Translations under genes and position numbers: made by a program | Assembly (NCBI GenBank): GCA_002633005.1 | Contig: NMRA01000027.1 | Span: 1,043,788 to 1,107,787 of the forward strand | From: Phoronis australis | Taxonomy: Eukaryota; Animalia; Phoronida | Length of the DNA stretch: 64,000 nt | Direction: 5' to 3' | Shown here: in pieces, positions 26,401 through 38,236 of the stretch | How positions within the stretch are numbered: position 1 is the first letter of the stretch | How the letters are laid out: each line of letters opens with the position of its first letter | Notes under the pieces: generated by a model | What the model saw: the letters and a program-made list of their open reading frames with translations, nothing else | What the model was told of the DNA's origin: nothing | The model's database searches: none

Positions 26401-29400
26401 CTGAATATACGCACAGCAATATAGTCTCCGTTAGAATAAAGTCTAGAGTGAACCTAATTCGCCTTCCGAACATGTTACAAACATTTTAATAATACTTAAT
26501 TTGAATTACACTATCAATGAAAGATGTGGGTGACAGCGCATCTAACTTACAAAAACCTGCTCTCACCAGCACGACTCCTATCTAACAAGACAATTTTCCT
26601 CGACGTCACTGGTGTGCTGTCCAATCGTTTCGCTGGACTCAAAATGTAGTGCAAAATTACCGAATCTTAAATGTGCATTAGGTAGTAGGTCTTTGCGCAT
26701 CAATATTTTCCCTGTCCAGGGCCCTTTGTGAATTTGTGGCTTCATACTGTTACAGTTTCAGTGAAGTATTATCGAAAGGATTCAGTTGTTGTAATGCGTA
26801 TCGACAACAGTACTTCCGTCATATTCTCTTTGGGCTTTTGGGACTTCTCAATGGTAACTACATGTATAGGGTGCCCTAACTGTGTTAATCGGAACAATTC
26901 ATTCTTCCTCCTCAGTGTAGTTCCCCAATGATACGAAATTGAGAAAACTTGGTTCTCAAGCAGTATCAGTCAAAAATGCGAGGCAGTCTTAGTAATGTGT
27001 TAGCGTTAACCATCAATCTAGGAGTTTCTACTCTAATATGATACATTACTCTATCTGAAACTAACCTCCCAAACAAGCAGGTTGATGATTCTGTTCCTGA
27101 GCAACAAAGAACTATCAGCTATTCCCGTGTCTAGGGTAGACGTCAATAGCTGTTTCGCGTACAGAAAATCTAGCCAAAATCACGTCCTCTCATTTTAACA
27201 GTAAACGGCAATATCTCGCGTAATCTCTCAAAGTCTTGCTTTTCTAGCGAGGTCCAGTGACACTTCTAGTTTGAGTAAGAGTCAGGTGAGGCCGATTTTA
27301 TGACGGAAAGCGGCCAGAATCAGAAGTTGATGTACAGAGTGCGTGAGTATAGGAAGCCTTTGATATGTCAGTTCCAAACTTATTTTTTACGAAAGGTAAG
27401 TTTATGACAACTTTAGGGACAAACGTCATATTCGGTGTATGTATAAATCTTTTACGTGTATTGTACACAGGAACGTCCGCTGGCCAAGATGACGTGGTCA
27501 ATAAAACCAACACAGGCCTTCAGACTCATGTTATTGTAGAGAACATATCCTTGGTCAATGGAAAAGAGTATTTTGTGACGGTTGAAGGTAAGTGTAGTGA
27601 TGTAAGGACTGAAAGACGTTACAGTGATATAATTTGTAATTTTTGGGCATGAATAAAATACGGTACTAAACTAAACTGATGTGTAGACATTTTACTTCAC
27701 AGCAATACTAAATCAGTTTGCAGCATTTTCCATGAAAAAGTTTCAATTTTCATCAATGAATGTTGTGGGTTTGCGTTTATTCTCACGAAAAATTCTGTGT
27801 CGTCATTGAACAAGACTTCTCTGTGAAGCGCGGCGTGACCTTTCTTTAAGAGATGACGGCCGGGTTTCGAATAACCCCCTGGAAGTCAGGATTAAATTTA
27901 CTGGAAAACGCTTAAAAAGTTATCCTTGTATTATTAAAGCACAGATGCAGCTTTGCTGTAAGTACGACTCAAATTATTGTTGTAACAATGCTAACATGCT
28001 ATCGTTAGTGACACTCTTTCTTGTCCAGTGAAGAAAATTCAGGGAATAAAAGAATTTCCCTTCTCTCCAACCACGGTGCGTTTGAACTTTCTTGTTTTTC
28101 GAACAGCCGTTACGATAACGTTGACACAACCGTTCCAAAACTCAACAAAAGCAAGCAATTGTCGTAATCAAATTCGTTTAAACAAGAACTTTCTCCGTAA
28201 AAGTGTTGCTGGACTTTGTTCCCAACTGCACCACTGTATGATATACCAGCACTATAGACTACGTTTTCGTATCATCTGGCACAGCGGTACAACAATGTAA
28301 AATTAACTACTCTTTTATAGACAAGAGACTGACTAAAAGCTCAAAAAATTTTATGGTCACGAGTAGCTCACATGGTTGTGATAGGTGTCCGCTTTCTCCA
28401 CTTGAGGTCGTGGGTTCGAGTCCCACTGGGTCACATAGATATGTAACCTTGAGTCAGGTTTCTAGCTCCTAAGCTCGGTTTTAACTATATATCAATAAAC
28501 CATAAAAATGGCACCAGGTGATCAGTGCACGTCTGGTACTACGTGTATCAGACTGCCTGCTATTATTTTTATAACTCACACGGAAATTTTTAAATGTTAT
28601 GTTATTCAAGAAAAAGAAATCTCCTTCTTAAATTCTCATACATTTTCTAAAAAACGGAACAGTATTCATCAAAGAAAGTTTGAAATGGCGCTACTTTTAT
28701 TGACTTTATAAAGCAGCATCTTTCTTCAATACGTTAAGTGACGTCCATTAACAGGATTTCTCAGTTTAGCAACTTGATCGAACGTTACCACATTGTCGCG
28801 GTGAAGGTACTAACTATCTGGTTACATTTGAAACCCAAGGTCCTTTGTGGTCTACGTTTGTGCTGAAACCAGAAAGCAATTGCTAGTTTGTTGATGACTT
28901 TCTTTAAAGTAAACTGAAGAGACACCCGAAGTTTTTGGTCTTTCAGCTGAAGACTATGCCGGACATGTGACTTCAGTTTCCTCGAAGCCTTTTCAAGTAG
29001 ACACGACACCGCCGGTTACAACCAACGCCAAACTACGTGTCGGCTCACCCCATGCCAATTCCAAGCAACTGGCGGGAGATATGTTGCAATTTCACTGGTT
29101 TGGGTTTGAAGATGACGAGAGTGGAATAGCCAGCTACGAGTTTGCCATAGGATCCTTACCTACCTTTCAAGACAATCTACCGTTCAAAGTTTATTCCACT
29201 AACTACGCTCTTGTTGATGGAGTGACCTTCCACGATGGACATGTGTACTATCCTCAAATAAAGGTTACCATTTTACTCGTCTTAACTGTAGCAAAATGCT
29301 CTTATCACGCTTAATTGAAATCTACTTAACTGCATGTACACACTGCAAAATAATCTTTCGTTTCACGACAAGCATCATTCTACCAAAAGTGTCTGAAAGA

Positions 29401-32400
29401 AGAAGGTGTGGGTGGGATCTCAAAGGGTTTTTTCCTGAAAAATAAAATGCAGAAGATGGGACTTCCAATTCATCAGTTACTTACAGCGTAGGCATCAACC
29501 ATAACTATTCGTGAATATGAGAAGGCCTACGTGTATGCTTTTAATATCATGCGCACACCCAGGAGGGAGGGCTCGGGGGTTCTAACGAGCCCTTCCCCAT
29601 TTGGCGAATTGAGCAAAAAGGTCCGCCTCAGGGAAGAAAGAGTCCGAGAAAACGAGACAAAAGTTCACTGGAATTCGTAGTTCTGAAAGTAGTATCCCGT
29701 TTTTAGTCTCCGTATTTTTCAGTAAAAAATTGGAGCCCCCTCTATATTTTAGGCTACGCGTATGAATATAAGCAGAAACTTGCAAATGTAGACATCGTGA
29801 AGTTTCTGTGTGGACTACGAAAAGCTTCGGAAATGCATCAATTGCACATTTTTTAATCTGTTTAGGTTACAAATGGAGCGGGGTTAGTATCTGCTTTAAG
29901 TGAGGATTTTGTATTCGACTCCACTCCGCCATCAAGAGGTATCGTGCGAGACTGCACGAGCTTGAGCGACTTGGCTGACATTGACTACCAATCAAGCACG
30001 TCTAGACTTTGTGCCTCGTGGTCTGGTTTCCATGATGCTCACACGTCGCTATCAGATTACAAAGTGGGTGTTGAGGAGGATGGAATTCAGCCACTCTTAT
30101 CGAGCGTCGGACTGAAAACAGGTAAAAACTGTAACCAATTCTCTTGGATGTAAACAGATATCTTTCTACGCTTTTCCTGTTCTCTTCTTTATGAGGCCCG
30201 CCGTATCTTATGTCTGACTAATATTAGGGTCCATAATATTAGTACATTCTACCAACGATAAGAAAAACTACAATGATAGACCAAAACATGCAAAAACACA
30301 CTTAAATGCAGAATGATTTATAAATTGCAGCATTCGTCTTTGCTGGCAATTTTAAAGCTGGCCGTAAGTACGTCATAACAGTTGAAGCCTGCAACTCGGT
30401 TGGTCTGTGTACACGCGCCTGTTCCGACGGGGTGGTTATTGATCCCACGCCGCCACTGGCTGGTATTGTAACAATTGGACACAGACACTTTGAACACAGT
30501 CGATACCAAGCCTCAAGGTAAGTGCATCATAGAGCAATAGCTCGCTTAGAGTCATGCTGTTTCTCACGTGCCCTGAACAAGTCACGTGGCATACGGTAAT
30601 TTGGCGGTAACTTTGCAACAAGCATATTGGGGAAAATAATAGTTGTATGTAAACTAAAGTAGCTGTTTTGCCTCATCAAAATTAAAGATGTGTCATAAAA
30701 GAGCTCCTTAAGATGATGCATTGTTTTTCCATGTTTTTACAGGAAGTTTTTTTCAGCCAGCTGGATGGGATTCCAAGATCCGCAGTCTGCTATCGACAGA
30801 TACGACTGGTGTATCGGCACTTCAGTAGGACAGTGTGACATACAGCCATTCGTCAACGTCCATAACGCTCACGAGCAAGTTCGATTTGACATGACTCTCC
30901 CAGTAGGCAAACCCCTTTTTGTCACGGTGCGCGCATGGAATAAGGCTAGATTGGTTGTAAAAAAGACCTCTCAACCAATCATAGTCGATAACACTCCGCC
31001 ACTAGCTCTTAGTAGTCCTGTATTCACAAAAGGAAACTTGTTGTCCTTGAATGATAACACTCAGTTTGAAACCAATGTGTTAAACATCAGATGGAACTTT
31101 ACAGATACCAACAGTCCCCTCATTCGCCACATCGTCAGTGTGACGTCACATCATGACGGATTCTGTCCTGTAGAGAACCTCGACCTTGGTGAAGAGGAAT
31201 CGCTAAGCGTCAGCTTAGGAAAAGAGCATACCCTCGCTGATGGAGAAACATATTACGCAGCGGTCACAGCTTGCAACGACGCTGGACTCTGCACGTCTTC
31301 AAATTCCTCCGCCAACGTGTTAATAGATTCCAGTGCTCCGCACGTCGGTCAGTTTTTGCAATCATATTGGTCCGAAGAAACTGGAAAAATAAAACTTAGG
31401 ATACTGTGGTCGGGATTTGTTGATCCCCATTCTGGAATAAAGCAGTACCACTTTCATGCCGGTACCAATTATAGCTCCTATGACTTAACGAATGGATTTG
31501 TAAAAGTACCTTACACTCCTCAATCAGGTACCACAAAACAAGAGGCGACATTCATATTGACCAACGGACCGAGCATTGGTTCCACTATTTACATATCTAT
31601 GGTGGCAGAAAACAACGTCGGCCTGAAGAGTAAGATTTTAAAGATACTTGTAAGGCTTGTTTCGACCGTTCAGTCAAACGGCACCCGGGGTATGTTGGTC
31701 GTACGAAAACATTCGTGCAATGTTCCCTACTGCAACAACGATTGCGTGTGTGCACCATTTGGACAGAAATGTAATAAATTCAACGTTTCTAGTTGCACTC
31801 TGCTGCCTAGACCACCTTCGAATGTTACGGTTTCTGTTGGTTTCGCCACGCCAGTTATTTCAGCCATGAACCAACGCTGCATTGGTGCAAAATGGATAGC
31901 TGCAAATCCTGAACACGTCATACGGTATCAGTACTCACTTGGTGTCTCTGGAGCTGATCCTGGTTTTGGTGTTTTCAATCTAACCACTGAGACAGTGTGG
32001 CATAACATTGACTTGTGGACAAATACAACGTTCTGTTTACCGCAAGGACAATTCTTTCAGACCGATCCACCAGAAAAGTATGTGGTTTACGTAAGAGCAT
32101 GGTTTTCTAGCTCTACTCTGGCCCAGTTTAAATCGCCCGACCTGACGATCGACACGAGTGCTCCAACGCAGAGGCGAGGTCGTCATGTCCTCGACTGCAG
32201 AAACAGAACGCGTTGTGATAAAGATATAGAGTTCTCGACTGATACAACAACACTGACGGCGAGTTGGGAAAACGTGTTCGTCGACATTGCTAGCGGAATT
32301 AAGGAATACGAGGTCATGATGGGAGTTTTTCCTGGGGGTAAGCTTCTCCACTGCTGTTCTATTTTGCTTGGCCAATTAAAGAAAGATATTACCATTCTTA

Positions 32401-35400
32401 CTGTGGAGGAGGCAGTGTGGCCTGGTTGATAAGTGCCCGCTTTCTTTACTCGAGGTCGTAGGTTCGAGTCCCACCAGGTCACACTGCTAAACCCTTGAGC
32501 CAGGTTTCTAGCTCCTCAACTCGGTTTTAACAATATATTAATAAAGCATAAAATATTTCCAGGTGATCAGTGCAACGGGCCCACATGCGAGGCCTGCGCA
32601 CGTCTGGTACAGCGTGTATCAGACCGCCTTCAATTATAAATAAAATATTCTTGCTGTGTTTTAGTTCATTCGGTATAGTTGACATACTGTAGAAAGTGTT
32701 TATTCATTAGCAAGAACAGAACGGAAACCCGATACAAGTTATTGTGAAGTTCAACTTTCCTGACCATGGGACCAGGGTCAAATCTTTGTGCTCATAGTTG
32801 AACTCGAAATTGTTTTTGACATTTTCAGTTCTACTTTTGTGCGAGGTCAGGATAAGTGTCTATTATCCTTTGCTCGACTACATTATGGTTTATGCATGTG
32901 ACATTCTAATCCAAGTTCACATTTGATGATCCTTAGATTCAAGTTACAAGCTCGAGTAAGAACTCGAGATTTCTAGTGAAAAGTCGAAATTTCTAGTTCA
33001 GACTAGAAATTTCGACTTTTTTTCGTCTTTATTTCTATTTCTGTTGACGAAGGATGTTATTATATCCGAAAATATCAGTTGATCTATTCTTGTTGTTTTA
33101 TTTACCTATATATATTCTCTACCTCAGACTCAAACGTATAGCTTCTAAGCTGGAGTCGCCAAGTGCACTTATCCACGTAAGCCACTATGCCCTAAGCCTA
33201 GAATAATAGACACTTACCTTGACTTCGCACAAAATAAGAATAGCGAAAAACGAGTGTTTTGCATTTACGTCAGACCTCACTGGCGTATCTTAACCAAATG
33301 TCGGCCATCATGTGATTGGTCAATGAATTTGGAATTTTAAATTATGGAATATAATTCATTAATAAGGGTATAGAAATCACAATTTCCGTTCCACAGGCGA
33401 AAATTTCTTGCCTCTAATGTCTCGAGCCTACGAAATGCTCTCGCGGACGTTGTTTCAAAAATAGTCACATTGCGTCACTTCCGGTGTAGTATTTGCTTCA
33501 TTAATTTTGCTTTAGACAAAAATCACAAAATCACATCAGCCGAAGTGACCAAAAAAGGTTAAACAAATGTAACGTTTCCTTTCAAAAACATACTTTTTGT
33601 TGGACGCATTGATTACATGAGACCTAACAGTAGCTATAGTTTGAATCACGGCTTGTTGATGAGTGTAACAAATGTTAAACCGTGTTTTAACGGAGCACTC
33701 AAATCTGGTTCTGTCAGCAGCTGTTGCTTATTTAACACATTTCCTAAGAAATAAAGCATTGTTCTGCTCAAACAATTCCTCTTCATGTATTAGAATGTAT
33801 GCATGCGTCCTGTGGATCTAGGTGAGAGATTTTCCCACAACCACCATTAACTCACCTCAAGCGTTAGTAGCGTTCGATCATTTAGCAGAAGATGTAACGA
33901 GTTTTCCAATTGATACTTTTTAAAAGTTTGGTTTCAATTTGAAAACACATTAAAATGGTTGACTGGCATCAAAGATTTATGTGAGCTAGTGGTGTTGGAG
34001 TTTGTGTAGTAAGTAAGTTTTGTGATCCTGAAATCGTTAACGTAACGTGTTCTGTCTCCATTACAGATAGCTCTGTTAAACCAAAGTTTAGAACAACCGC
34101 GTTATCGCACAGTGAAAGTGGGCTCAGTCTTGTGAACGGCTTGACCTACTACACTACTGTCAAAGCAATAAACAGCGTTGGTCTAACCACCATCGTCTCG
34201 TCAGATGGTGTTACTATTGACAACGAAGCGCCCTTGGCAGGGACAGTTTACAACACAAAAGACTTCCACAGCGTGTCCGCAACCGCTGGCTCTTGTATTG
34301 GAGCTTCGTGGGAGGGATTTGATGATCTCCACTCTCATATTATGGAATACTATGTGGGCATAGAAGAAATGGCGGTTAGAAATAACGTGTTGGTCAACCA
34401 GGTGTCCGTGGGCATCAAAAACGCAATGGAGTTTTGCAACCTGAATTTAAAACAAAATACTGCTTACGCTGTTGTCGTTCGTGCTAAAGACGCAGCTGGT
34501 ATCATGTCGGGACAGGTATTGTCAGATCCTATTCTTGTTGACAAGAGTCCCCCAGCAGGTTTTCGGTGCACAAAATGGGTAAGCAACCCGTTGACCCCTG
34601 AATCTACGGTACTGGCTAACGATGAAAGAAACACGATGTATGAAGTCGGCATTGAAGCTAACACGCTTTACGAACTGGTTTTTCGATGCTCTGGCGATAT
34701 TCCTAAGGCCTCTCTAGAGTTTCTAGGTGTGCATCACGTTCTGCACTTTTTAGATCTCGCTGGCGGTGGCTCTTTGGCAACGTACACTTATACGTCAAGC
34801 GTTAGTATGTCAACTAACTTTACACTGAATTTGGTAACCACGTCTCAAAATGTAAGCGTTACCTTGAAAACGTGTTCTAATGAGACAATCTCTGAACCTG
34901 GTTCTTCAGTGATTCTGCGTCAGTTAGGACCACTTGAGCTGCTGCTAAGTTTCTACGTCAAAGACCCCGAGAGCGGCATACGACAACACCTGGCAGGTGT
35001 TGGCACAACGATTGGTGGATTTCAAGTCGCAAAGCTGCGTAGCCTTGGTCAACAGCAGCACATGGTCTATGACGTCAACTTGCCACATGGCACTCCAGTT
35101 TTCGCAACCGTGATATCCGATAATAACGCTGGCTCCAGGACTTACTTCCGATCCAACAAGCTGGTGGTCGATCACATGCCACCCACGATATCAAATCTGA
35201 CATTAACCATCAACCTAGTTGAAGAAACCACTTGCAGTCTGGTGACAACGTGGACAGCAGACGACCCTGAAAGCGGTGTCAACACCTGCCAACTGCAAAT
35301 AGGTAAGACATTGCAAGTGTCGAAATAAAGTATGAAATATATGAGATAAATACAATGTAACAGGCTAACAGGATAAAAATGATAGTTATACCGATGAAGT

Positions 35401-38236
35401 TGTTCCACGATTCATCGAGATGAAATTCAACAATTTACATGTATATAAACCCGACAATATTAACAGTTGTAGTTTATAGTAGCAATAAATATGTCAACTT
35501 TGCAGACAGTCTGGTACACGCTAAACCAGACGTGCGCTGGCCGCTCAGGTGAGCTCATTGCACTGCTCAGTCCTCACCTGGAAAATGTTTCTGCTTTGTT
35601 AACGTATAATAAAAACCGAGCTGAGAGCTAGAGACCTGGCTCAAGGGTCCAGCAGTGTACCCCAGTGGGACTCGAACCTGCGACCTTGAGTAGAGGAAGT
35701 GGACACTTATCTCAATAAGCCACGCTGCCTCTTCTTTAAATTGGCCAAATGTAGCAAGTTAAACAACACTGGTTGAAACTGAACAATCGCACACTCGGGA
35801 GAACGTAAAATCGTCTGTCTTGTTCATTGTAAGGGCTTTAAGTTACATGATTGACGACATTGAAGCTTGAGTGAAATGTGCAAAGTTGAGCAGAATAACG
35901 CGAATTGTTCTCAGACATCAAAAGTTGTTTGGGGATTTTCCATCGAACATACTACGTGTGTGAATGTGCCTTTTCACCTTTTTTGGTAGGACAGGTCCCA
36001 CAAGAATTGTGACGACTACGTAATATAATGTATGACTGGACCAGAACATCATCTTCCGTCATGGGACAACGCAGAACTGGGTGCATTACCTTTGCCTTAA
36101 ACCAGAATTTTGACTCAACGTATTTAAAGATCCTTGCCGCTGTGGTCTTGCTTGCGTGCAAAGGCGTTAATAGAATCGTGTCTCTTTCTTACTCGTTACA
36201 GGTGATGCGCCCCACACCGGCACCATACAACCATTGGTCACGGTGACGTCAGCTTCTAGCATTTATCAGTCAACGAGGACGAGTACTCTTTCACACGGTC
36301 AGCAACTTTACGCGACAGTATGGTGTTCCAATTACGCTGAGTTGTCGTCATCTGCAGTGTCCAAGCCTGACACCGCTATTTGCCAAAAGCCCTCTTCTTC
36401 TGGGGCTAGCGTTTGGTTCTTGATGCCTCAAAATATTTACGATGGAAGCCCCGAAATCATACCCGACACTAACTACCTTCATGTCGCTTGGACGGGTTTC
36501 CAGGATTCATCTGGACAGCTGACTTACAAAGTTCGTCTTTTGGAAGGGACAAGAGAATTCCAACCGTGGGTAGATGTTGGTCCTCGAACCGATTTCAGTT
36601 TCTCTAATCTATCGCTAACAGAGCATGAGTGCTACAAAGTTGATGTGCAAGCCTTTAATTCGAAAAATTTGCCAAGTTCAATCGTGTCCCGCGAAACCTG
36701 TGTTGACAGTGGTATACCAACATTAACTGGTAAGTACAAATAAGTGGTCTAATTATTCACATTAGTTTCTTTCGGTGTCATTTCTCATCGTCTTAGCATG
36801 CATAACGTACTGTTAATACAAAGTCTTCGAAAGCCTATCGGAAATTTTAGATACAGTCGCTCATTGGTGCACTCTTTAAAACAACAAACAAATGTAAAAT
36901 CTATTGATGGACAGGGATATTTAATGAACATAAACTCGAAATTTTAAGAGGCTATCTGTCTTCGTACCTTCAGGATCGCCTCAAATTTGCATTCTGACAG
37001 ATACCAATTTTTTATTATTTTGGATCTCGACAATACCGTGCAGAGAACGCAATGCTTTTATTGTTGTTTCAAATGTATTACTTATTGTAGACACGTCTTG
37101 ATTCATTGGGTTCTGCTTTACATACTGATATATATTCGAAAATAAAATGGAAATTCTGAACTGGCCTCAGATTTGATATGATCTTTCGTCGGGAAGGTTA
37201 TTCGAGTGTTCATTATACATCCTGGTTGTATCTAAATATCTAAACAACTTTTAAATGCTGAGAAGGAACATCGCAACAGGACAAATGTACTGCAGAAAAC
37301 AAAGAAGCATTTAGGCACGACTGGGAAATCTGTGCTCCAGTTCGGGTACGAATTTGTGTGCCCAGATACTGTCGACTCCGCTTGTCATAAACCGCAGTAG
37401 CTATATAACTTTAAAAGGCATTTCCGAAAAATTGTGATATTGTTAATGGATGGGTAGATTTTTTGAGTTGATTAGATTTGGCCAAAACTATAAAACAACA
37501 AACCCGTAGTGTTTTTGTGATTTTGTTTCAAATCGCCAATGCCAGCCATTGTATGACAAACATTCGCTGAAATCAAGACCGGTGCCTATACGCTTAAAAC
37601 AAGTTGCTGTTTAACGCGTGGGACTAGGCTCAGAAGGGAAGCGTTGGGCTGCAACTGCGCAAATACTGGGTTCGATTTCCCTCTCCTGCTCATTTCTGTA
37701 AGGTCACTTTTCACACCGAGATTGTCCCTTTAAGTTCTAAGACGTGTAGGTTTGAATATATTTCTGATTTACATGTAATTGAATCTGTTTAGTCTTAATA
37801 GGAATGAAGTTAGTATTCATGAAAATGTTTTAACCATGTTCAAAGTACAAGCTCTAATCCCACAAATCCCCTACCGGTTAGATAAACCGGGGTCAGCGTG
37901 CCGTACTTTACTTTTTCTCTTTTGTTTCTTGAGAAAAAAAGGTTTGCTATGCATTTTTAAGGTCAACAACCCCAACTTAACCTTACCAGAACTTCCCTGA
38001 CGGTCAACTGGTACCCTGCTTTTGTACATGACGTCAACTTGTGGTACGTGGCTTGTATTGGTTTCTCGGAAGGTGCCTGCGACATACTTCAACCGATAGA
38101 AACGACAAAGTCATTTATTACACTGGATGTCGACGGAAAAGGTCTTACTGCTGGGGAAGTATTGTTCGGCGTAATCACCGCAGTGAAGCCGTCTGGGGTG
38201 TTCAAACTTTTCAAATTTTCTGCTACGGTAAATTAG
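5337..38236 (+). CDS. Giant multi-exon gene: EMI / EGF-like / WSC / FN3-like repeat protein, ~3,400 aa, 5' exon(s) not identified
   Basis: The 20 exons listed below are joined by GT-AG introns with matching phase at every junction; total 10,213 nt = 1 phase base + 3,404 codons including the TAG ending at 38236. Confidence 0.85.
7490..7720. repeat. Dispersed repeat (GGGGCCC-containing, MITE-like); second copy at ~51000-51250
   Basis: Shared 'aagcaa.tgcggggccc', 'ttcgcttttga', 'atgagacagtgtg.ccac' and 'ggggccc...cgctt'. Confidence 0.55.
9000..11075 (-). mobile_element. Internally deleted Ngaro/DIRS-like retrotransposon (gag and SGNH hydrolase remnants)
   Basis: Gag-like 'VPSSIHTKIHDGENIDLSTLLP' (10268-10453); SGNH-like 'PSYVTLHGAGNE...PRLHW...LFHPDGVHLSPLGNDIFL' (9603-9990); short repeats AAGTACCAARTGGGTA at ~9030-9260. 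No RT or recombinase recognised. Boundaries approximate. Confidence 0.6.
11587..11652. repeat. Perfect tandem duplication of a 32-bp unit
   Basis: cgtcttctgcatgttacacgacgctacagttt occurs twice in tandem. Confidence 0.9.
12669..12815. mobile_element. MITE, family 1
   Basis: 17-bp terminal inverted repeat CTGGGTAGAGTTCAGTA...TACTGAACTCTACCCAG; related copies at ~27130-27260, ~48470-48625 and ~48685-48845. Confidence 0.75.
13958..14043 (+). CDS. Giant gene exon B: C-terminal half of EMI domain
   Basis: tttcag|G...TCAC|gtaaaa; 'TRYRTAYRQNTRSRCCSGYRDNGRNYCS' with the CCxGY motif. Not in the ORF track. Confidence 0.8.
14571..14669 (+). CDS. Giant gene exon C: EGF-like domain
   Basis: taatag|...AACG|gtaggt; 'LCFGSFTCPNGGTCSRPNYCTCRAGYYSPRCN'. 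Confidence 0.9.
15049..15183 (+). CDS. Giant gene exon D: Cys-rich module
   Basis: ctttag|...TTGA|gtaagt; 'CPVNDIANCAKMTCSSGPSNKRCIECTLQSPAGGAYHLTNNRCL'; phase 1-1. Confidence 0.85.
15578..15697 (+). CDS. Giant gene exon E: EGF-like module
   Basis: ttaaag|...GATT|gtaagt; 'KCSWLTTRRCWPGTCNDRGLVTSCTCSTGFRRAGGNNCD'; phase 1-1. Confidence 0.85.
15903..16172 (+). CDS. Giant gene exon F
   Basis: ttgtag|...AATG|gttagt; open 270-nt frame 'YTVFPSLLTC...QVITYRQN'; phase 1-1. Confidence 0.8.
17123..17395 (+). CDS. Giant gene exon G: WSC domain
   Basis: ttgcag|...GTCT|gtaagt; 'GQCFQDSSSSRVL...TVETCIAACRNRRYAYAGVESSEQCFCGNS...ECNTKCRGSDDMCGGSWRLNVY' has the WSC cysteine pattern. Confidence 0.92.
17726..17864 (+). 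CDS. Giant gene exon H
   Basis: tttcag|...TACAA|gtgagt; 'ANTGPLTALAGCTRSYG...CASSKAFSGIALQNGY'; supplies the phase 1 to 2 switch needed to join exon I. Confidence 0.75.
18379..19540 (+). CDS. Giant gene exon I (FN3/Ig-like repeats begin)
   Basis: ttccag|...ATGAAG|gtaagt; within the 408-aa ORF; 'GWTDP', 'VDSTPP', 'DSHSGL...W.LGT'. Confidence 0.92.
20830..22012 (+). CDS. Giant gene exon J
   Basis: ttgtag|GTT...ATAG|gtacgt; 'VDTSPPTVGVVLDG...WHGFLDHESGI', 'VDKTAP', 'VDETPP'. Confidence 0.92.
22328..23739 (+). CDS. Giant gene exon K
   Basis: ttccag|GT...GAG|gtaagc; within the 481-aa ORF, same repeat type. Confidence 0.92.
24524..25232 (+). CDS. Giant gene exon L
   Basis: cttaag|GAT...ATTG|gtgagt; 'CSNGFVIDRNPP...SSGVKNHRYYIG'. 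Confidence 0.88.
27130..27260. mobile_element. MITE family 1, degraded copy
   Basis: Shares 'aaaatctag.caaaatcac...ctcattt...aatatc...aaagtcttg.ttt..agcgaggtc' with 12669-12815. Confidence 0.6.
27471..27587 (+). CDS. Giant gene exon M
   Basis: acacag|GA...GAAG|gtaagt; 'GTSAGQDDVV...SLVNGKEYFVTVE'. Confidence 0.88.
28360..28560 (+). mobile_element. tRNA-derived SINE, family S
   Basis: B-box GGTTCGAGTCC; body 'cttgag.caggtttctagctcct...ctcggtttt...caggtgatcagtgca...cgtctggtac..cgtgtatcagac' shared with the 32408 and 35505 copies. Confidence 0.8.
28947..29263 (+). CDS. Giant gene exon N
   Basis: tttcag|CT...AAG|gttacc; 'AEDYAGHVTSVSSKPFQVDTTPP...WFGFEDDESGIASYEFAIG'. Confidence 0.9.
29549..29764. 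mobile_element. Probable MITE
   Basis: CATGCGCACACCC...GGCTACGCGTATG imperfect inverted ends with G-rich and C-rich subtermini; a similar end starts at ~13611. Confidence 0.4.
29866..30121 (+). CDS. Giant gene exon O
   Basis: gtttag|GTT...ACAG|gtaaaa; 'VTNGAGL...FDSTPPSRG...DIDYQ...WSGFHDAHTS'. Confidence 0.9.
30331..30517 (+). CDS. Giant gene exon P
   Basis: ttgcag|CA...CAAG|gtaagt; 'GRKYVITVEACNSVGLCTRACSDGVVIDPTPPLAG'. Not in the + ORF track. Confidence 0.9.
30743..32337 (+). CDS. Giant gene exon Q
   Basis: ttacag|G...GGGG|gtaagc; essentially the 554-aa ORF; several repeats plus a Cys-rich insert 'CNVPYCNNDCVCAPFGQKC'. Confidence 0.93.
32408..32645 (+). mobile_element. tRNA-derived SINE, family S (most complete copy)
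   Basis: A-box GTGGCCTGGTTG, B-box GGTTCGAGTCC, shared body, A-rich tail. Confidence 0.85.
34067..35302 (+). CDS. Giant gene exon R
   Basis: ttacag|AT...ATAG|gtaaga; 'SSDGVTIDNEAP', 'WEGFDDLHSHI', 'DPESG' twice. Confidence 0.92.
35505..35733 (-). mobile_element. tRNA-derived SINE, family S (reverse copy)
   Basis: Reverse complement of the 32408 copy: GGACTCGAACC, 'gagctagagacctggctcaaggg', 'gtctggtacacgct'. Confidence 0.8.
36202..36729 (+). CDS. Giant gene exon S
   Basis: ttacag|GT...ACTG|gtaagt; 'WTGFQDSSG...YKVDVQAFN'. Confidence 0.9.
37620..37690 (+). repeat. tRNA-like fragment (SINE head or tRNA pseudogene)
   Basis: TAGGCTCAGAAGG...GGGTTCGATTTCC; stems degenerate. Confidence 0.4.
37962..38236 (+). 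CDS. Giant gene terminal exon T
   Basis: tttaag|GT CAA...; 'LTVNWYPAF...WYVACIGFSEGACDIL...FKFSATVN*'; no long hydrophobic membrane segment. Confidence 0.85.

Noticed and set aside
19135-35408. Many minus-strand ORFs overlapping the large exons
   Set aside because: Antisense shadows of the + strand coding frame with no independent motifs.
28360-37690. tRNA-like sequences as functional tRNA genes
   Set aside because: Acceptor and anticodon stems do not pair, and three of them continue into a shared SINE body.
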